Notes: a model not told the origin generated them from the sequence alone. Counted from the first letter of the stretch, positions 18,885-31,007 are shown. The stretch is 64,000 nucleotides of DNA from an uncultured Planctomycetaceae bacterium (GCA_963785305.1 CAWAUV010000007.1:640001-704000); one strand, 5' to 3'. A program made the numbers and translations.

Positions 18885-21871
18885 TCAGGAGGAGGTTCGG
18901 CCGGCTTGCAGCAAGCGCAGCGGTTCGGCCCGACCGGTTGCGGCCGCCGGCCAAAGGGCGGCCAGCAGGCTCAAGCCGAGGGTGAGCGCGAAACCCACGA
19001 CCAGCTTGGCCCAGGGAATAACGAGCGGCGTGTATTGGCCGCCGCGGATGTTGACATAGCGAGTGACGCCGGCGCCGCAATATCCGGCCAAGGCGCCAAA
19101 GGCCAAACTCAGCGCGCAGGCCACGATGCCGATCAACAAAACTTCGGCCAGGATCAAGCGAAACAGGGCAAAACGCGTGAGGCCCATCGACCGCAGCACG
19201 CCCAGGTCCCGGCGCCGTGCGCGAATCGAGGACAACACGGTATTGACCACCCCCAGCGAGGTGACGGCGATCGTCACCAGCGGCAGCTTGCCGAGTTCCC
19301 AGATGATGTTGTCGGCCCGCGAGCGGATTTCCGCGCGAACGCCCTCGGCCGAGCGAAGCGTGACGCTCGTTTCCGCGGAGCGACCACCGCGCCGGCCAGC
19401 GCGGCCGGGGTCGCCCAAGGGTCCGGCGCCCATTTCAGGGCGCTCGTCGCGGAGATCGGCCGCGAGCGAGGCGTCGTAGTTGCGCAGCGCAATCGGCTCG
19501 AGCGCGGCTTTGATTTCGCTTTCCGTGGCCCGGCCATCCAGGTTCACCCAAAACAGGGTCGCGCGGCCGGTTCCGAAATCCTTTCGCACGGTCTCATGGG
19601 GCGAAAACATCAGCCCCGCCGCCCGGCCGCGCCGGAAACCCATCTTCGACATCCAGTGCCAGCCGGGCATCGACACCACGCCGGCGATTTCATATTCCAG
19701 CGGATGATCGGCATGGCCCGGCGGCAGCACCGCGAATTTGCCTCCCACGCCCAGGCCCGAGTTGCGCGCAAAATGATCGGGCACTAGGCAATATCGCCCG
19801 TTTTGCTTTAGCTTGGCGAGCGCATCAGGGCGCGAACCTTCGACAAATTGGAAGTCAAACATCGGCCGGGCGCCCCCAAAGGCGACCTCGGGATCAACGC
19901 CCACCATGACACAGCTATCTTGCCGGGTGGCGGAAGGGCGGATCTTGAAGCCCAGAATATCGGTGGCGAACTTCACTTGCTTCACCGCCAGGGGCAGGCA
20001 TTGATCGGCGCGGATTCCCTTCACATGGCGCACCGCCGCGATCTCGTCGTCGGCCACGCCCGCCGGACCGATCGATACGATCAGGTCGGGAGTCCAATCG
20101 CCGGGCGTGAAAGGACCGAGCATCGAGTAGCCCCAGGTTTCCATCGCCACGAACAGCCCGAGCCCGAGCGTGAGCGCGATCGTGGTTCCCACCGTGCGCC
20201 ACATATTCGAACTCAATTGCGTCGCCAGCAGCCGGGGATGCAGCGCCAAAAGCCTCGCCACCCCGGGCGCGAGAAATTTCTCGGTCAACACAACCGCCGC
20301 CGGCGCGAGGAGCACGAAGCCCACGGCCATCGCCGTGCAGCCTAGCGCGGCGGATATTCCATAGCGAGCGGTGTCGCGCATCGGCAAAACAAACACCACC
20401 AGCGGATTGACGGCGATCAGCAGCAAACCCGTGGCGGTGAGTTTCCACGAAAGCCGCGCGGTCATGGCGCGACTTCGCGGCGCCATGGCGTCGAGGGGAC
20501 TCACGCTCGTCGCGCGCCAAGCGGGCAAGATCGAAGCGGCCAGCGCTCCGCCCACCGCGCAAACGCCCGAGAGCACGATGCAGCCGATTCCCAGCGTGGC
20601 GCCGTCGGCGACCGCTTGCGGGCGGAGTTTCGCCACGGCCGAAAGCAATCCCCAGCCGGCCAGCAGCCCGCCACCCCAGCCGATCAACCCCAGGAGTAGG
20701 CTTTCGAGCACGACCATCAGCGCCACCTGCCACTTGGTGCAGCGCCACCGCGCAGCACGGCGAACTGGCGAATGCGTTCATGCACCCCCATGCTCAAGGT
20801 GGTGAAGATAATAAACAGCGCCGCGAGCAACGAGATGCCAAGCGCGGAATAAGCCTGGCGCGTACCCCGGCCAGGCTGGTGCTGTTGTCGGCCTCGGTGC
20901 TCACCGTGTCGTGAGTGCGCGCTTCGAGCGGAGGCGTGGCCTGGGCCAGCTTTGGCGCCCAAGCGGCCAGAAAATCATCCACCTTCATGCCGCTCTTAAG
21001 CGTAATGCCCAGGTTGCTGATGCGAGCCGGGGAGCCGGCGCATTGTTCGGCCACGACCATGGGCACGAAGACCGCATTGCCTGGTGGCCCGCCGCGAAGC
21101 GCCGCGTCGCGCGAGGGCGGCAGGCCCACCATGAATTTGGGCGGCGGCAATCGCGCCGGCTGCTCGAGAATTGCCCCGATTCGCAGCTTGGTCGGAGATG
21201 AATCGCGACCGCCCGAGACAAGCACTTCGTCTCCCAGGCCCACGCCGAGCGCCTTGGCCGAGTCATGGGTAATGGCGGCCTCGGCCCGTTCGGAGTGGTT
21301 CGGGTCATACCAAGCGCCTTCGAGCACTCGATAGGGCGCTTCGGCGGCGTTCGAGCCGACCAGCACCGGCGTACGGCTTTGGGCCTTGAGCTGTGACATG
21401 CCGCCCATGAATCGCGGGCCCGAGGCCGGCCGCGGGGCGGGCGACTCCGACTCTTCGGGCGCGTTTTCGCGGCGCGGGGCGGCCATGGCTCGGTCGTCGG
21501 GCCCCGGTTCGGCTTGGCTGGTCGCGCCGCGGCGCGCGTGCGCGGGTCTCGAACATGGCGTCGACCGTGGCCACGGCCGGATCGTGGCGCAATGAATCGG
21601 CGAGCGCGCTCGAGATCGACGGCGTCTCGCGCCGGCCGAGGCCGCCCATGCCCTCGCTTGGCGCTGGGAGCACGAAGAGATCGTAGCGCCCCATGTAGCC
21701 TTCGGAAAAACCGCCGAACTGGCCCATGATCGCGTCGTAACCACTGACAACCCACACCACGATACATGCCGCGGCGATGGTCGAGAGGGCCGTGAGAACA
21801 ATGCGGCCCGGATGGCGCCGCGCATGCGCCGCCACCAGTCGAACGATCAATTTGATTTCGGCCGCGGTCAT
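18885..21871 (-). CDS. Large MacB/FtsX-like ABC permease (two FtsX domains; frameshifts near 21550, 20860 and 20740)
   Basis: GRIVLTALS N-term; IIFTTLSMGVHERIRQFAVLR and VVNTVLSSIRARRRDLGVLRSMG FtsX motifs. Confidence 0.85.
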
Positions 21872-21918
21872 GGAAGTGGCTCGTCGGTTAGCGAGAGGGG
21901 GGACGACGTGGCGATGCG

Positions 21919-22730
21919 TCACGCGGCCGGCGCGTTGACGACTTGCTGATAGTGGGCCGCCAACGACTGGATGTCCGAGAAATCGCGAGTCAAGAAATCG
22001 GTGAGCATTTGGCCGTCTTTCATCACGATCACGCGCCGAGCCCAGAGCGCCACCGCCGGTTCGTGCGTCACCACCACGATGGTGCGCTTCGCGGCTTCGC
22101 ACAATTCGCGCAGGGTGCGACAAATCGTTTGACCGGTGATCGAATCGAGGCTGCCTGTCGGCTCGTCGGCCAAGATCAGCGCGGGCTCGGTAATCAAGGC
22201 GCGGGCGATCGCCACGCGCTGCTGCTCGCCGCCGCTAAGCGCATCGGGCCGATGCCGACGGCGCGTCGCGATGCCAAGTTGATCGAGAAGCTCGCGCAGT
22301 TGCTCCTCGACCACGCGCTCGCGGCCATCGGTCACGAGCGGCAGCAAGATGTTTTCCTCGGCGGTCAGCGTGGGAATAAGATTGAATGCCTGAAACACCA
22401 AGCCGATCCGCCGCCGTCGAAAGTACGTGAGATCGCGGTCGCTCAGCGTGGCGAGATCGGTTCCGTCGATCAGAACCCGGCCTTCCGTCGGGCGAGTCAA
22501 TCCGGCGGCCACATGGAGCAGCGTGCTCTTCCCCGAGCCGCTGGCGCCCATCACCGCCACGAATTCGCCGCTCTCGATCGAGAGCGACAAGCTCCGCAGC
22601 GCATCGACCGGCGCGTTGCCTTGATAAAACCGCTTCGTGACGCCTTCGAGCCGAAGAGGCGCGGGGGCGGCTGCGCGTGGGGCTCGAGCCGGGTCGCCTC
22701 GGGCGCCGAATCATGCAGCGTGGGAGTCAT
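21919..22730 (-). CDS. ABC transporter ATP-binding protein (LolD/MacB type; N-terminal frameshift)
   Basis: [42 protein letters not shown] and VTHE motifs. Confidence 0.93.
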
Positions 22731-22743
22731 CGCTTTACTTTCT

Positions 22744-23205
22744 TCAATATGTCGAACGCAATTGCAAGTCGATGGGCGGCATCTCGACCGGCCCGTCCGT
22801 CACGATCACTCGCGCCACGGGGTTCGCGCGGTCGATGAATCGACCGCCGAGCTGATCGGCGCCCGCGACTTCCTCGCCGTCGACCACCCTGAATGTCGGC
22901 CAAACCACGGTCACGTCATAGGCGCCGGCGGCCAAGCCATCGTCGACGGCATACGTTTGCGCATGAAACACGCCATCGGGTCCGACCAGCGCGAAGGAAC
23001 TTTCTCGCCGAGTCGCCGAATAGGTCTCGGGATGAAAGAAAATCCGAGCCTTCGCCGGCGGATGGCCATCGACGAGCAATTTGCCTGAAACCGGAAACAC
23101 CGGGTCGCGCGGCCGGCTTTTGGCGCCGCATCCGGAAGCAAGCATCAGCAGTCCGACGACCACCGCGAACCGCGAAAGTCGTGGTGAAAATTGTGGCGAC
23201 ACCAT
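22744..23205 (-). CDS. Lipoprotein with carboxypeptidase-regulatory-like fold (usual DUF1559 partner)
   Basis: Lipobox LASGC; PVSGKLLVDG and DGLAAGAYDVTVVWP motifs. Confidence 0.8.
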   Translation of the reverse strand: MVSPQFSPRLSRFAVVVGLLMLASGCGAKSRPRDPVFPVSGKLLVDGHPPAKARIFFHPETYSATRRESSFALVGPDGVFHAQTYAVDDGLAAGAYDVTVVWPTFRVVDGEEVAGADQLGGRFIDRANPVARVIVTDGPVEMPPIDLQLRSTY

Positions 23206-23223
23206 CGTCCTTTGAAGTCGGGT

Positions 23224-24156
23224 TTAATAAGACAGTAAATCGGCCGAAATCGTGTCGGCCGAATCACGCGTCAAGAAGGGAAACAACGTGGCCACGGAAA
23301 TATCGTCGGCGATTGCCCGCACGCTGCCATCGCAAAAACCCGCGTTGGCGACCGACGGATGGAAGCTATAGATCCCTTGGCCATTGTTGCAGTTGATGGC
23401 GCAGGTCGTGCCGACCGACACATTGTCGGCCGCGTAACCCTGATAGGTGAAGTGTCCATAGCCGGCCCAAGGGCCCCACCAAGCGTAGTCGGTCAGGCCC
23501 GTGTTGCTTGATTGCAGCATGCCGGCGATGTAGTAGTTGGGCCGGCCGGCCTGCTCGAGAATCAATGTGGTGCGCGACAGTCCGTCGGTCACCCATTTGA
23601 GATAATGGGGCAGATTGTCTTCGTCGCCCGCGTATAACACCGGATGACAACTCGAGCCGCATGTCTCGCCCACGGCGGTCGCGTTGGTGCTATTGAGCAA
23701 ATGGTTCATGGCATAGTCGGTGACATAGCCGGTTCCCCCGCTGGCGACATTGCCGCTATTCGACAGGGCCATCGCGCGACTGCCGCTCGGCACGCTGGGA
23801 CATAAATTCATCGGCAAGAGGTTATTCACCGCCGGTTGGTTGCCCAGGTCGTAGAAATTGAGATTCGCATTGTAGAGGGCCGCGAGATTCCGTTCCTCGA
23901 CATAAGGCAACAGGTTCACCATCCAGCCATGTTGCATGCCGGCGGTCGTGATGCGAATCGGAGGTAGGGTCTTTCGCGCGTCGCTGTGATTGTGAAACGC
24001 GAGGACGAGTTGCTTCAGGTTGTTGACGCAACTGCCGCGGCGGGCCGACTCGCGGGCAGACTGCACGGCGGGCAACAGCAAGCTAACGAGTGTTCCGATG
24101 ATCGCGATCACGACCAACAACTCGACCAATGTGAAACCGTGGCGATCGCTCCGCAT
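23224..24156 (-). CDS. DUF1559 (SBP_bac_10) prepilin-type protein
   Basis: [14 protein letters not shown]...[30 protein letters not shown]9-DG motif [12 protein letters not shown]. Confidence 0.95.
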   Translation of the reverse strand: MRSDRHGFTLVELLVVIAIIGTLVSLLLPAVQSARESARRGSCVNNLKQLVLAFHNHSDARKTLPPIRITTAGMQHGWMVNLLPYVEERNLAALYNANLNFYDLGNQPAVNNLLPMNLCPSVPSGSRAMALSNSGNVASGGTGYVTDYAMNHLLNSTNATAVGETCGSSCHPVLYAGDEDNLPHYLKWVTDGLSRTTLILEQAGRPNYYIAGMLQSSNTGLTDYAWWGPWAGYGHFTYQGYAADNVSVGTTCAINCNNGQGIYSFHPSVANAGFCDGSVRAIADDISVATLFPFLTRDSADTISADLLSY

Positions 24157-24269
24157 CTCGACTCCCCGAACAACCGTGGGTTTGCCATTTCACGAGGAGT
24201 TCGCGTCTGGCCGGACCACCGCGAAAGCGCTTGGCGACACGGATTCCCGTGAGAAGAAGGACACGCGGA

Positions 24270-24286
24270 AGCAACCGTCGTGCCGC
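24270..24286 (-). promoter_or_regulatory. Putative sigma54 promoter for DUF1559 operon
   Basis: Minus strand GCGGCACGACGGTTGCT (GG-N10-GC, GCACG/TTGCT), about 115 bp upstream of the ATG. Confidence 0.55.
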
Positions 24287-24429
24287 GAAGCTCGATATCG
24301 CTTTTTGCCGAGAAAAACGAGGCAAAACGAAGGCGCGGAGCCTTTCGAGACGGTCGAGCGCGGCCAAATTTTCACCGGCGCTGGCGATTTATTGGCCGCG
24401 AGCGCGATTTCGCCGCGGCCCCGAAATGC

Positions 24430-25107
24430 TCATTCCTCATCGACCGCGCCGCGCAGACGCACGGCTTTGACGTGATCGATGCGATTGAGGTCCATCACCA
24501 CTTCGGTGGCCGAGGTTCCTCCAGCCAGCAGCACTCGATAGCGGAGCTCGATCGAGGAGCCGCCGCGCAAGATCGCCACGCTCAATCGCTCGACGCGTTC
24601 CGTGTGTTTCTCGAGCGCCGCCAGGATGCATGATTCGATCGTGTCGCTCGCCGTGGCGCGAATCCGCAGGCGGGCATAACCGGCGCCGCCCTCGAGCGAG
24701 TGCGGATGATCGCGAAACAAAGCCGCCGCGCCGCCGACCGTCACCATGCCCAAGAGCGCGACGGTCGCTTGGCCGGCCCCGATCGCCATGCCCACCACGA
24801 CGCAGAACACGACAAACGCGGTGTCCTTCGAATCGCGCACCGCGGTGCGGAATCGCACGATCGAGAGCACGCCCACCAAGCTGAACGCGCGAGCCGTGTT
24901 ATCGCCCACCACTTGCGTGACCATGGCGATCAGCACGGTGAGCAAGACGAGCGTGGCCGGAAACGAGGCCGTCACATTGGCCTGCAGCCGCGTGTGTCGA
25001 TAAATGCCGACAATCACCAAGCCCAGCAGCAAGGCCGCCGTCAAGCGCACCGCCAATTCGTCCCAGGCCACCACCGGATGAAAACTATTGCGCAACCACA
25101 CAGGCAT
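24430..25107 (-). CDS. DUF4956 family membrane protein
   Basis: VGDNTARAFSLVGVLSIVRFRTAVRDSKDTAFV signature. Confidence 0.85.
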   Translation of the reverse strand: MPVWLRNSFHPVVAWDELAVRLTAALLLGLVIVGIYRHTRLQANVTASFPATLVLLTVLIAMVTQVVGDNTARAFSLVGVLSIVRFRTAVRDSKDTAFVVFCVVVGMAIGAGQATVALLGMVTVGGAAALFRDHPHSLEGGAGYARLRIRATASDTIESCILAALEKHTERVERLSVAILRGGSSIELRYRVLLAGGTSATEVVMDLNRIDHVKAVRLRGAVDEE

Positions 25108-25287
25108 CGAAAGCTCCCAGCATCGGATCGCGGGCGCCGGCCGACGAGAGCCACGCGGACCCACACGGAAAAAACACGGGCAGAATACGCGTCGGCCCCG
25201 AGCCCGTGGGCGAAGGCTCCAGAAAGGCTCGATCGACGGTCGAGCGTGGCCGCGCGGGTCCGCGTGCGATTCTATGCGCCGAGCGAC

Positions 25288-25340
25288 GAAAATGCCATCG
25301 CGGCATTCGTAGCCTTTTGAAGTATTCAGCAGGCTGTTAA
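25288..25340 (-). repeat. Degenerate copy of structured repeat element
   Basis: AGCCTTTTGAAGTATTCAGCAGGCTGTTAA hairpin like 46931-46959, preceded by AAAATGCCATCGCGGCATT; overlaps the TAA stop of the upstream gene. Confidence 0.5.
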
Positions 25341-26069
25341 CGAACGCGCGTGCCGGGGGCGGCGTCCGTCACGGGCGGCAAACTCGCGATCGACTCGGCG
25401 CCGGTGGCGGGCGCCGGCGCCGGGGAGCTTCGTGGTTTGCGAGATTGCCCGTTGGCAAAGAAGCTCGTGCCGGTCGCGGGATTCGATCCACGAGCGACGC
25501 TTGCGAAAGGCGAGCCTGGAGCGCGGCGAGTCGCCAGCGCCGCGCCTGGCCTGGCCGCGGCGCGGCCGACCGCCGGTCGCTCGCCATCCAGCGGCGGGGG
25601 TGGAATCGTTTCGAGGCCCGACCCGGGAAGCGCTCCGGCCGGCGCGATCGAGCCCTCGGGGGCGATGTCCACGGGCGGGGTTATTCCGGCGCCCGAACCG
25701 TGGAGCGGCGCATAGGCGCCATAGCCTTCGTGGTCGGCGGCGACGGCGCCTTCTTGGTATCCCTGATACCAGGCATTGATCGCGGCGGCGCCTTCCGGCG
25801 TTTGATAACTGGCCGACCAATATTCCTTGGGGGGAACCGCCGGCGCCTCGGCCACGACGGCCGTGGCTCACATCGTAGAAGCCTTGCCGCCAGCCGGCGC
25901 CGAAGTCGTGGAAGCAGGGGATCGCGTGGCGATCGTAATCGGCCGAATACCAAGCCATGCGGCTGCGGCAAGAGTTGACGCAATCGTAGTTCCAGTCATC
26001 GAAGCTCGCGCAGCCGGCCTGCGACAACGCGACCACGATGAAAAGAAACAGACTTCGCATGGCGATCAT
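25337..26069 (-). CDS. Hypothetical lipoprotein with Pro/Ala-rich tail (frameshift near 25860)
   Basis: Lipobox SQAGC; DFGAGWRQGFYDV then PAVPPKEYWSASYQTPEG...AWYQGYQEGA in the next frame. Confidence 0.7.
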
Positions 26070-26490
26070 CCTTGAAACCGCAAACGACCTCTTCGCTTCA
26101 AACGGCGCATCCGGCGCCGTGAGGTCGAGCCCGGCAAGGCGGCTTGCCGAGGGTCGACGAAAACGGCCCGTGGACCGCTGGGCTTTTCATCGTCGTCGGC
26201 GCCGCCGCGAATTCGGTGCGTCCGGTCGGCGCCCGAGCGAAAAATGCCGCGGCGCCCCGAAGCGCGCCGGCCGCGGGCGGCATCGCCGGTATTTCGCGAA
26301 CGGCGCCATCGGGCGATCTGGCACAATGGCCATGACCCGAATTTTCGACGAAGTGCGCGAGCCCCGAATCGTCGTTTCCACCCGCGCCATTCCAACCAGC
26401 GGCATGCGCGGAGCGACCACTAAGTCCCGCGGGTCGGAGCGGGCGCGAGGCGCGGCGAAAGCGTGCGAAAAAATGGCTGCGATTTAATGG

Positions 26491-27312
26491 CTACGCTTTT
26501 TTATAGGCGTCGAGCAGGCGGCCGGGCGAGCCCATCACATTGTAGCCGCAGTCGACATGCAGGATTTCGCCGGTGATGCCGGTGGCGCGCTTCGAGAGCA
26601 GAAACGCTCCTGAATGGCCGACTTCCTCGTGGGTGATGTTGCGGCCCAGGGGCGCCATTTGGGCATAGAGGTCGAGCATGTCGTCGACCCCGGCGCCGCG
26701 GCCGGCCAAGGTGCGCACCGGGCCGGCGCTCACGGCGTTGACCCGGATGCCGCGCGGCCCCATGTCAAACGCCAGATACTTCACCGACGCGTCGAGCGCC
26801 GCTTTGCAAATGCCCATCACATTGTAGCCCGGCACCGCTTTTTCGCCGCCGAAGTAGGTGAGCGTGAGCACCGAGGCGCCATCGTTCAAAATCGGCCGGG
26901 CGGCGTTGGTCACGGCCAAGAGGCTGTAGACGCTAATTTCCATCGCCATCTTAAACCCCTCGCGACTCGTCTCGACGGTGTCGCGCTTGAGATCGTCGAG
27001 CGAGGCATGGGCGATCGAATGCACGAGAAAATCGATTTTGCCGAATTCGCTGGCCGTCCGGTCCATGACCGCGCGAATATCCTCGTCTTTCGACACGTCC
27101 ATCGGGGCCAGAAACGTGGCCGAGGGCGTGGCGTCGGTCAACAGCGCGACCCGGCGGCGATTGCGCTGTCGCTCGTCGTCGGCACGGTCGGGTAGGTGCG
27201 AAAAGCCGCAGATAGCGCCTTCGCTCATCACTTGTTTGGCGATGGCCCAGGCCAGCGAGTGATCGTTGGCGACACCGAGAATCAGGCCCTTTTGGCCGTC
27301 GAACTGGCCCAT
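26491..27312 (-). CDS. fabI: Enoyl-ACP reductase
   Basis: GLILGVANDHSLAWAIA, VHSIA, YNVMGICKAAL, NAVSAGPVRTLA and ITGEILHVDCG motifs. Confidence 0.96.
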   Translation of the reverse strand: MGQFDGQKGLILGVANDHSLAWAIAKQVMSEGAICGFSHLPDRADDERQRNRRRVALLTDATPSATFLAPMDVSKDEDIRAVMDRTASEFGKIDFLVHSIAHASLDDLKRDTVETSREGFKMAMEISVYSLLAVTNAARPILNDGASVLTLTYFGGEKAVPGYNVMGICKAALDASVKYLAFDMGPRGIRVNAVSAGPVRTLAGRGAGVDDMLDLYAQMAPLGRNITHEEVGHSGAFLLSKRATGITGEILHVDCGYNVMGSPGRLLDAYKKA

Positions 27313-27426
27313 GCCGCGCGCCTCCCTTGAGAAACAATGAGGGTCAAGCCCATCAGGATAGCGTTCGCTGGCGAAATGCTCAACCAGGTGTTCCCCCCGA
27401 TGCGGAGGGGCCTCGGGGGGAGAGAA

Positions 27427-28892
27427 TCAGGCGGCCACCGCTTCGTAGCGTCTCAGATCGCGAAGCAAGCGGCGAATTTCTTGTTGATAGGCGCGTCGCT
27501 CTTCGTTGTGCTCGATCGTCATTCGCTTCACCGCCGCCGAGTGCATGTCGAGCTCCTCGCGCCGGGCGGCAAGGCTGCGGGCCTGTTCGTCGAGTTCGCG
27601 GGCGCGGTTGTTCATCCAGCTTTGAAATTCCGCCCGGTTGCGCGAAAGCTTGGTTTGTTGTTCGGCCAGCCGGGTCGCCAAGGCGTGTTGTTCGTCGCGC
27701 TGGTCATTGAGTTCGGCTTGGGCCACGCGAGTTTGCTCAGCGAGTTTCATTCGCAGTTGGCCAAGCGACTGGGTGAGCGCGGCGGGGGCCATGGCGCCCG
27801 AGAGCCGCGACCAAAGTTCTTCGGTCGCCAGCCGCATTTCGAGCGTCTCGCGCTGGGCATGGGCCACTTCGGCCCGAAGCTGCTTGATGGCTTGGCGGCG
27901 ATGGTCGAGCTCGTCGCGGCGGCGTTTGAGCGCGGCCTTCTTGGTTTCGACCTCTTGCAGTTGGGCGAAACGCTCGTCGACCAATCGCTGGCGCTCGACC
28001 GCGATCTCGTCGCGCGAGGCGGCTTGTTCTTCTTGAAAAAGCTGGCGGGCTTGCTTGAGATCGGCCTGTTCGGCGGTGAGGAGCGATTCCGCTTCTTCGA
28101 GCCGTTTGAGCCGCTGATCGAGTTGTTCCGGCGCCACGCGACTAGCGGCGGCGGCAAGCAGCCGGGCCACTTCGCCGCGGGCGCGCTTGAGCTCGCTCTC
28201 ATGTTGGGCGTGGACTTCCTCGCGCTGCTCCAGGTGTTTTTGCAGCTTGACGAGCGCGGCTTGCGATTCGTCGCGCGAGACGAGCTCTTTTTGCCGCGCG
28301 AAGATCGCCGCCTCGCGGTCCTCGATCGCGATTTCCCGGCGGCGTAGCTCTTGCTCGATCTCTTCGCGCATCCGGCGGGCGCTCTCTTGCTGCTTGGTGA
28401 GATCGCCGGAGCCGCCTTTGAGTTGTTTCTCTCGCTTTTCGAGGGCGGCGCGCTGTTCATCGAGCGATTTTTGCTGCTCATCGAGCCAGAGCTTGGCGCC
28501 TCGCAGTTCGGATTCCATGGCGCTGGCCCGCGCGTTTAATTCCGCCTCGCGATGATCGAGCGAAGCCTGCTGCCGCCGCAAATGATCGGCGAGCTGGGCC
28601 GCCTGCGCCGAACTTGCTGCACGATCGCCACCGCCGCCTCGCGCGATTCAGGCAGAGCGTCACCCTCGATGGGCGGCGCGGCCACGTCGAACGACGCATC
28701 GGCCGGCGGAACGCCAACTGGCGACGATGCGATCGGCGGCGAGGCGCTCAATTGCGATGGGGGAGTGGTCGCCGCCGGCGGGTCCGGTCCCAAGACATGC
28801 GGCGCGTCGACGCGTTTGTTGCTCGAGCCGGCCGGCAGCGGTGATTCCGACGGCATATCCCGCGTCGAGGGTTTGCGTGTGGCGCCTGACAT
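27427..28892 (-). CDS. Long coiled-coil hypothetical protein with Pro-rich N-terminus (frameshift near 28590-28600)
   Basis: E/Q/R/L heptad-rich 384-aa ORF joined to MSGATRKP... ORF with GGAGA RBS. Confidence 0.7.
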
Positions 28893-29176
28893 CCGAACGT
28901 CTCCTTCAACTGGTCGAACACGCGGCGTGGCGAACATCGGCGCCGCGTTGCCCGCGCGATCGCTACCGTCGGCAAACTATTCCCAGTGTGAATCATCGGC
29001 CGTTGAACCCCGGCGAGTTGAATGCCTTCGGTGTGACCGCAATCCGGGAGGCTGGCGGACGAGCGAATTGGCGGCTTGCTAGCTGAAGGCAAAAAAAGGC
29101 CGCCGCCGCGAAGTCGAGATGCTTCGCGACGACGGCCTGGTCGAGGAGCGCAATCGAACCGGAGTTCGTATGGGGC

Positions 29177-30751
29177 TTATTTCTCGTTCTTCGCCGTGAT
29201 GCCCGGCCAATCATCGGTGCGGAAAGGCGTGAGCGGCAGTTCCGCCTTGTTGTATACATTGACGATCGGGTTGTCGGCCCAGCCATCGCGCACCGCGACG
29301 GGCTGGGAAACCTCGTTGCTCCAGACCTCGATATGATTCGCGTCGAGAATCTTGGCTTCGGCCGGGTGGAATTTCTTGTCGTCGCCGGCGATCGTGAAAC
29401 CGCGCGGCTGCGCGACATCGAAGGTTTGCAAGCCACCATCGGCATGGTCGATCGTGAGCACGATCTTATTGTCCTTGTGCTCCATCGACTTGTAGCGAGG
29501 GCTTTGATAGGGCACGCTCACGCCGTAGTCATTGGCCAACGCCCAGCGCGCGAGCCGCAGTCCGACATCGCGCTTGTTGCGCGGATGAATATCCTTGCCT
29601 TCGCCGATATCGATGATCACGGCCTCGCCGGTCTTGGGCAGTTTGTCCATGGTCATGGTTTGGGCTTCGCGAAGTTCGGCCCAATCGCTCTCGCTCGGCT
29701 GGGCCTGTTCGCCCTTGAAGTCGGCGAGCTGCACCCAATAGAAGGGGAAGTCGCCTTGTCCCCAGTCTTCGCGCCAATTCTTGATCATCAGCGGGAACAG
29801 CTCGCGATATTGATACGCGCGGCCGGCATTCGTCTCGCCCTGGTACCAGATCGCGCCGCGGATGCCGTAGCCGATCGTGGGCTTGAGCACGCCGTTGTAG
29901 ATATTCGCCGGGCGGGCGTTGCCCGTGAGCGGATTGCCGGGATGATGCGGCTGGTTCGGAGCTTTTTTGCCTTCCAGTTTGGCCATTTCCGCCTCGGTCT
30001 TCCACGTGGCCAGCTTGGCTTGATATTCGGCGTCGGTCTTCGCGGCGTCGAATTTACTTTCGATTTCCCGCCAATGTTCCGCGAGCGGTTTCAGTCTCTC
30101 GTCTTTCTCGAACACATCGCGGCGCACCCAGGCTTCGCAGGCCGAGCCGCCCCAGGCGTCGTCGATCAGACCGATCGGCACATCCAGCGTTTGATACAAC
30201 TGCTTGCCGAAGAAATAGCCCACGGCCGAAACCGAGCCGGCCGTGCTTGGCGAGCAAACTCGCCACTCGCCCTTGAAATCTTCCTGCGGCTCGCCGACGC
30301 CGAAGTTGGGCACATGCACGATGCGAATCTTCGGAAAGTTGGCTGACTTGATTTCGAGATCGCCATCGCGCACGTTCGAGAGCGTCCAGGCCATGTTGGA
30401 TTGGCCCGAGCAAACCCACACTTCGCCCACCAGCACATCCGAGAGCGTGATCGTGTTTTTGCCCTTCACGGTCAACTGGTGGGGGCCGCCGGCCGGCATC
30501 GGCGCGAGCTTAACCCGCCAGTGGCCGGAGGCGTCGGCCGTGGTGGTCTGTTTCTGATCGCCGATCGACACCGTGACCTCCTCGCCCGGCGCGGCCCAAC
30601 CCCAGACTGGGTCGGCAAGATCGCGCTGGAGCACGAGATGCTCGGTGAAAATAGCGGGCAACTTCACATCGGCGCGGGCCGCGCTCGCCAGAGCGGCAAT
30701 CGCCAAAGACAGTAGCGGAACAACATGGCGGAATCGGAACTTGTGTCGCAT
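29177..30751 (-). CDS. Sialate O-acetylesterase (SASA/SGNH)
   Basis: Signal peptide; GEVWVCSGQSNM, WYQGETNA, PFYWVQLA and DIHPRNK motifs. Confidence 0.93.
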   Translation of the reverse strand: MRHKFRFRHVVPLLSLAIAALASAARADVKLPAIFTEHLVLQRDLADPVWGWAAPGEEVTVSIGDQKQTTTADASGHWRVKLAPMPAGGPHQLTVKGKNTITLSDVLVGEVWVCSGQSNMAWTLSNVRDGDLEIKSANFPKIRIVHVPNFGVGEPQEDFKGEWRVCSPSTAGSVSAVGYFFGKQLYQTLDVPIGLIDDAWGGSACEAWVRRDVFEKDERLKPLAEHWREIESKFDAAKTDAEYQAKLATWKTEAEMAKLEGKKAPNQPHHPGNPLTGNARPANIYNGVLKPTIGYGIRGAIWYQGETNAGRAYQYRELFPLMIKNWREDWGQGDFPFYWVQLADFKGEQAQPSESDWAELREAQTMTMDKLPKTGEAVIIDIGEGKDIHPRNKRDVGLRLARWALANDYGVSVPYQSPRYKSMEHKDNKIVLTIDHADGGLQTFDVAQPRGFTIAGDDKKFHPAEAKILDANHIEVWSNEVSQPVAVRDGWADNPIVNVYNKAELPLTPFRTDDWPGITAKNEK

Positions 30752-31007
30752 GGAATTTGTTCGCTCGGTGGGAAAGTTGGGGTGGGGAAGAAGCTTACGC
30801 AAACGGCGCAAAGGCCGAGATCAAGATAATGCGCCGCTGGAGCGAATTCCACTCGCGAGAGCAAAAAAATGGCGTCGCCTTGTTCCCGCCACGTCAGCTA
30901 GCAGGGCAAAGCCACCTTGACCCAGGCGGCGCCTTTCCCGAAGATTGCCGCCCCCCGGAGTTCCAACCTCGCCGCGTCCCGCACTGAAGTCCTTGAGGAT
31001 TGCATCC

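Noticed and set aside
26070..26490. Possible ncRNA or riboswitch in a 420-bp intergenic region (hairpin near 26124-26158)
   Set aside because: Only a generic GC-rich hairpin; no recognisable RNA family motif
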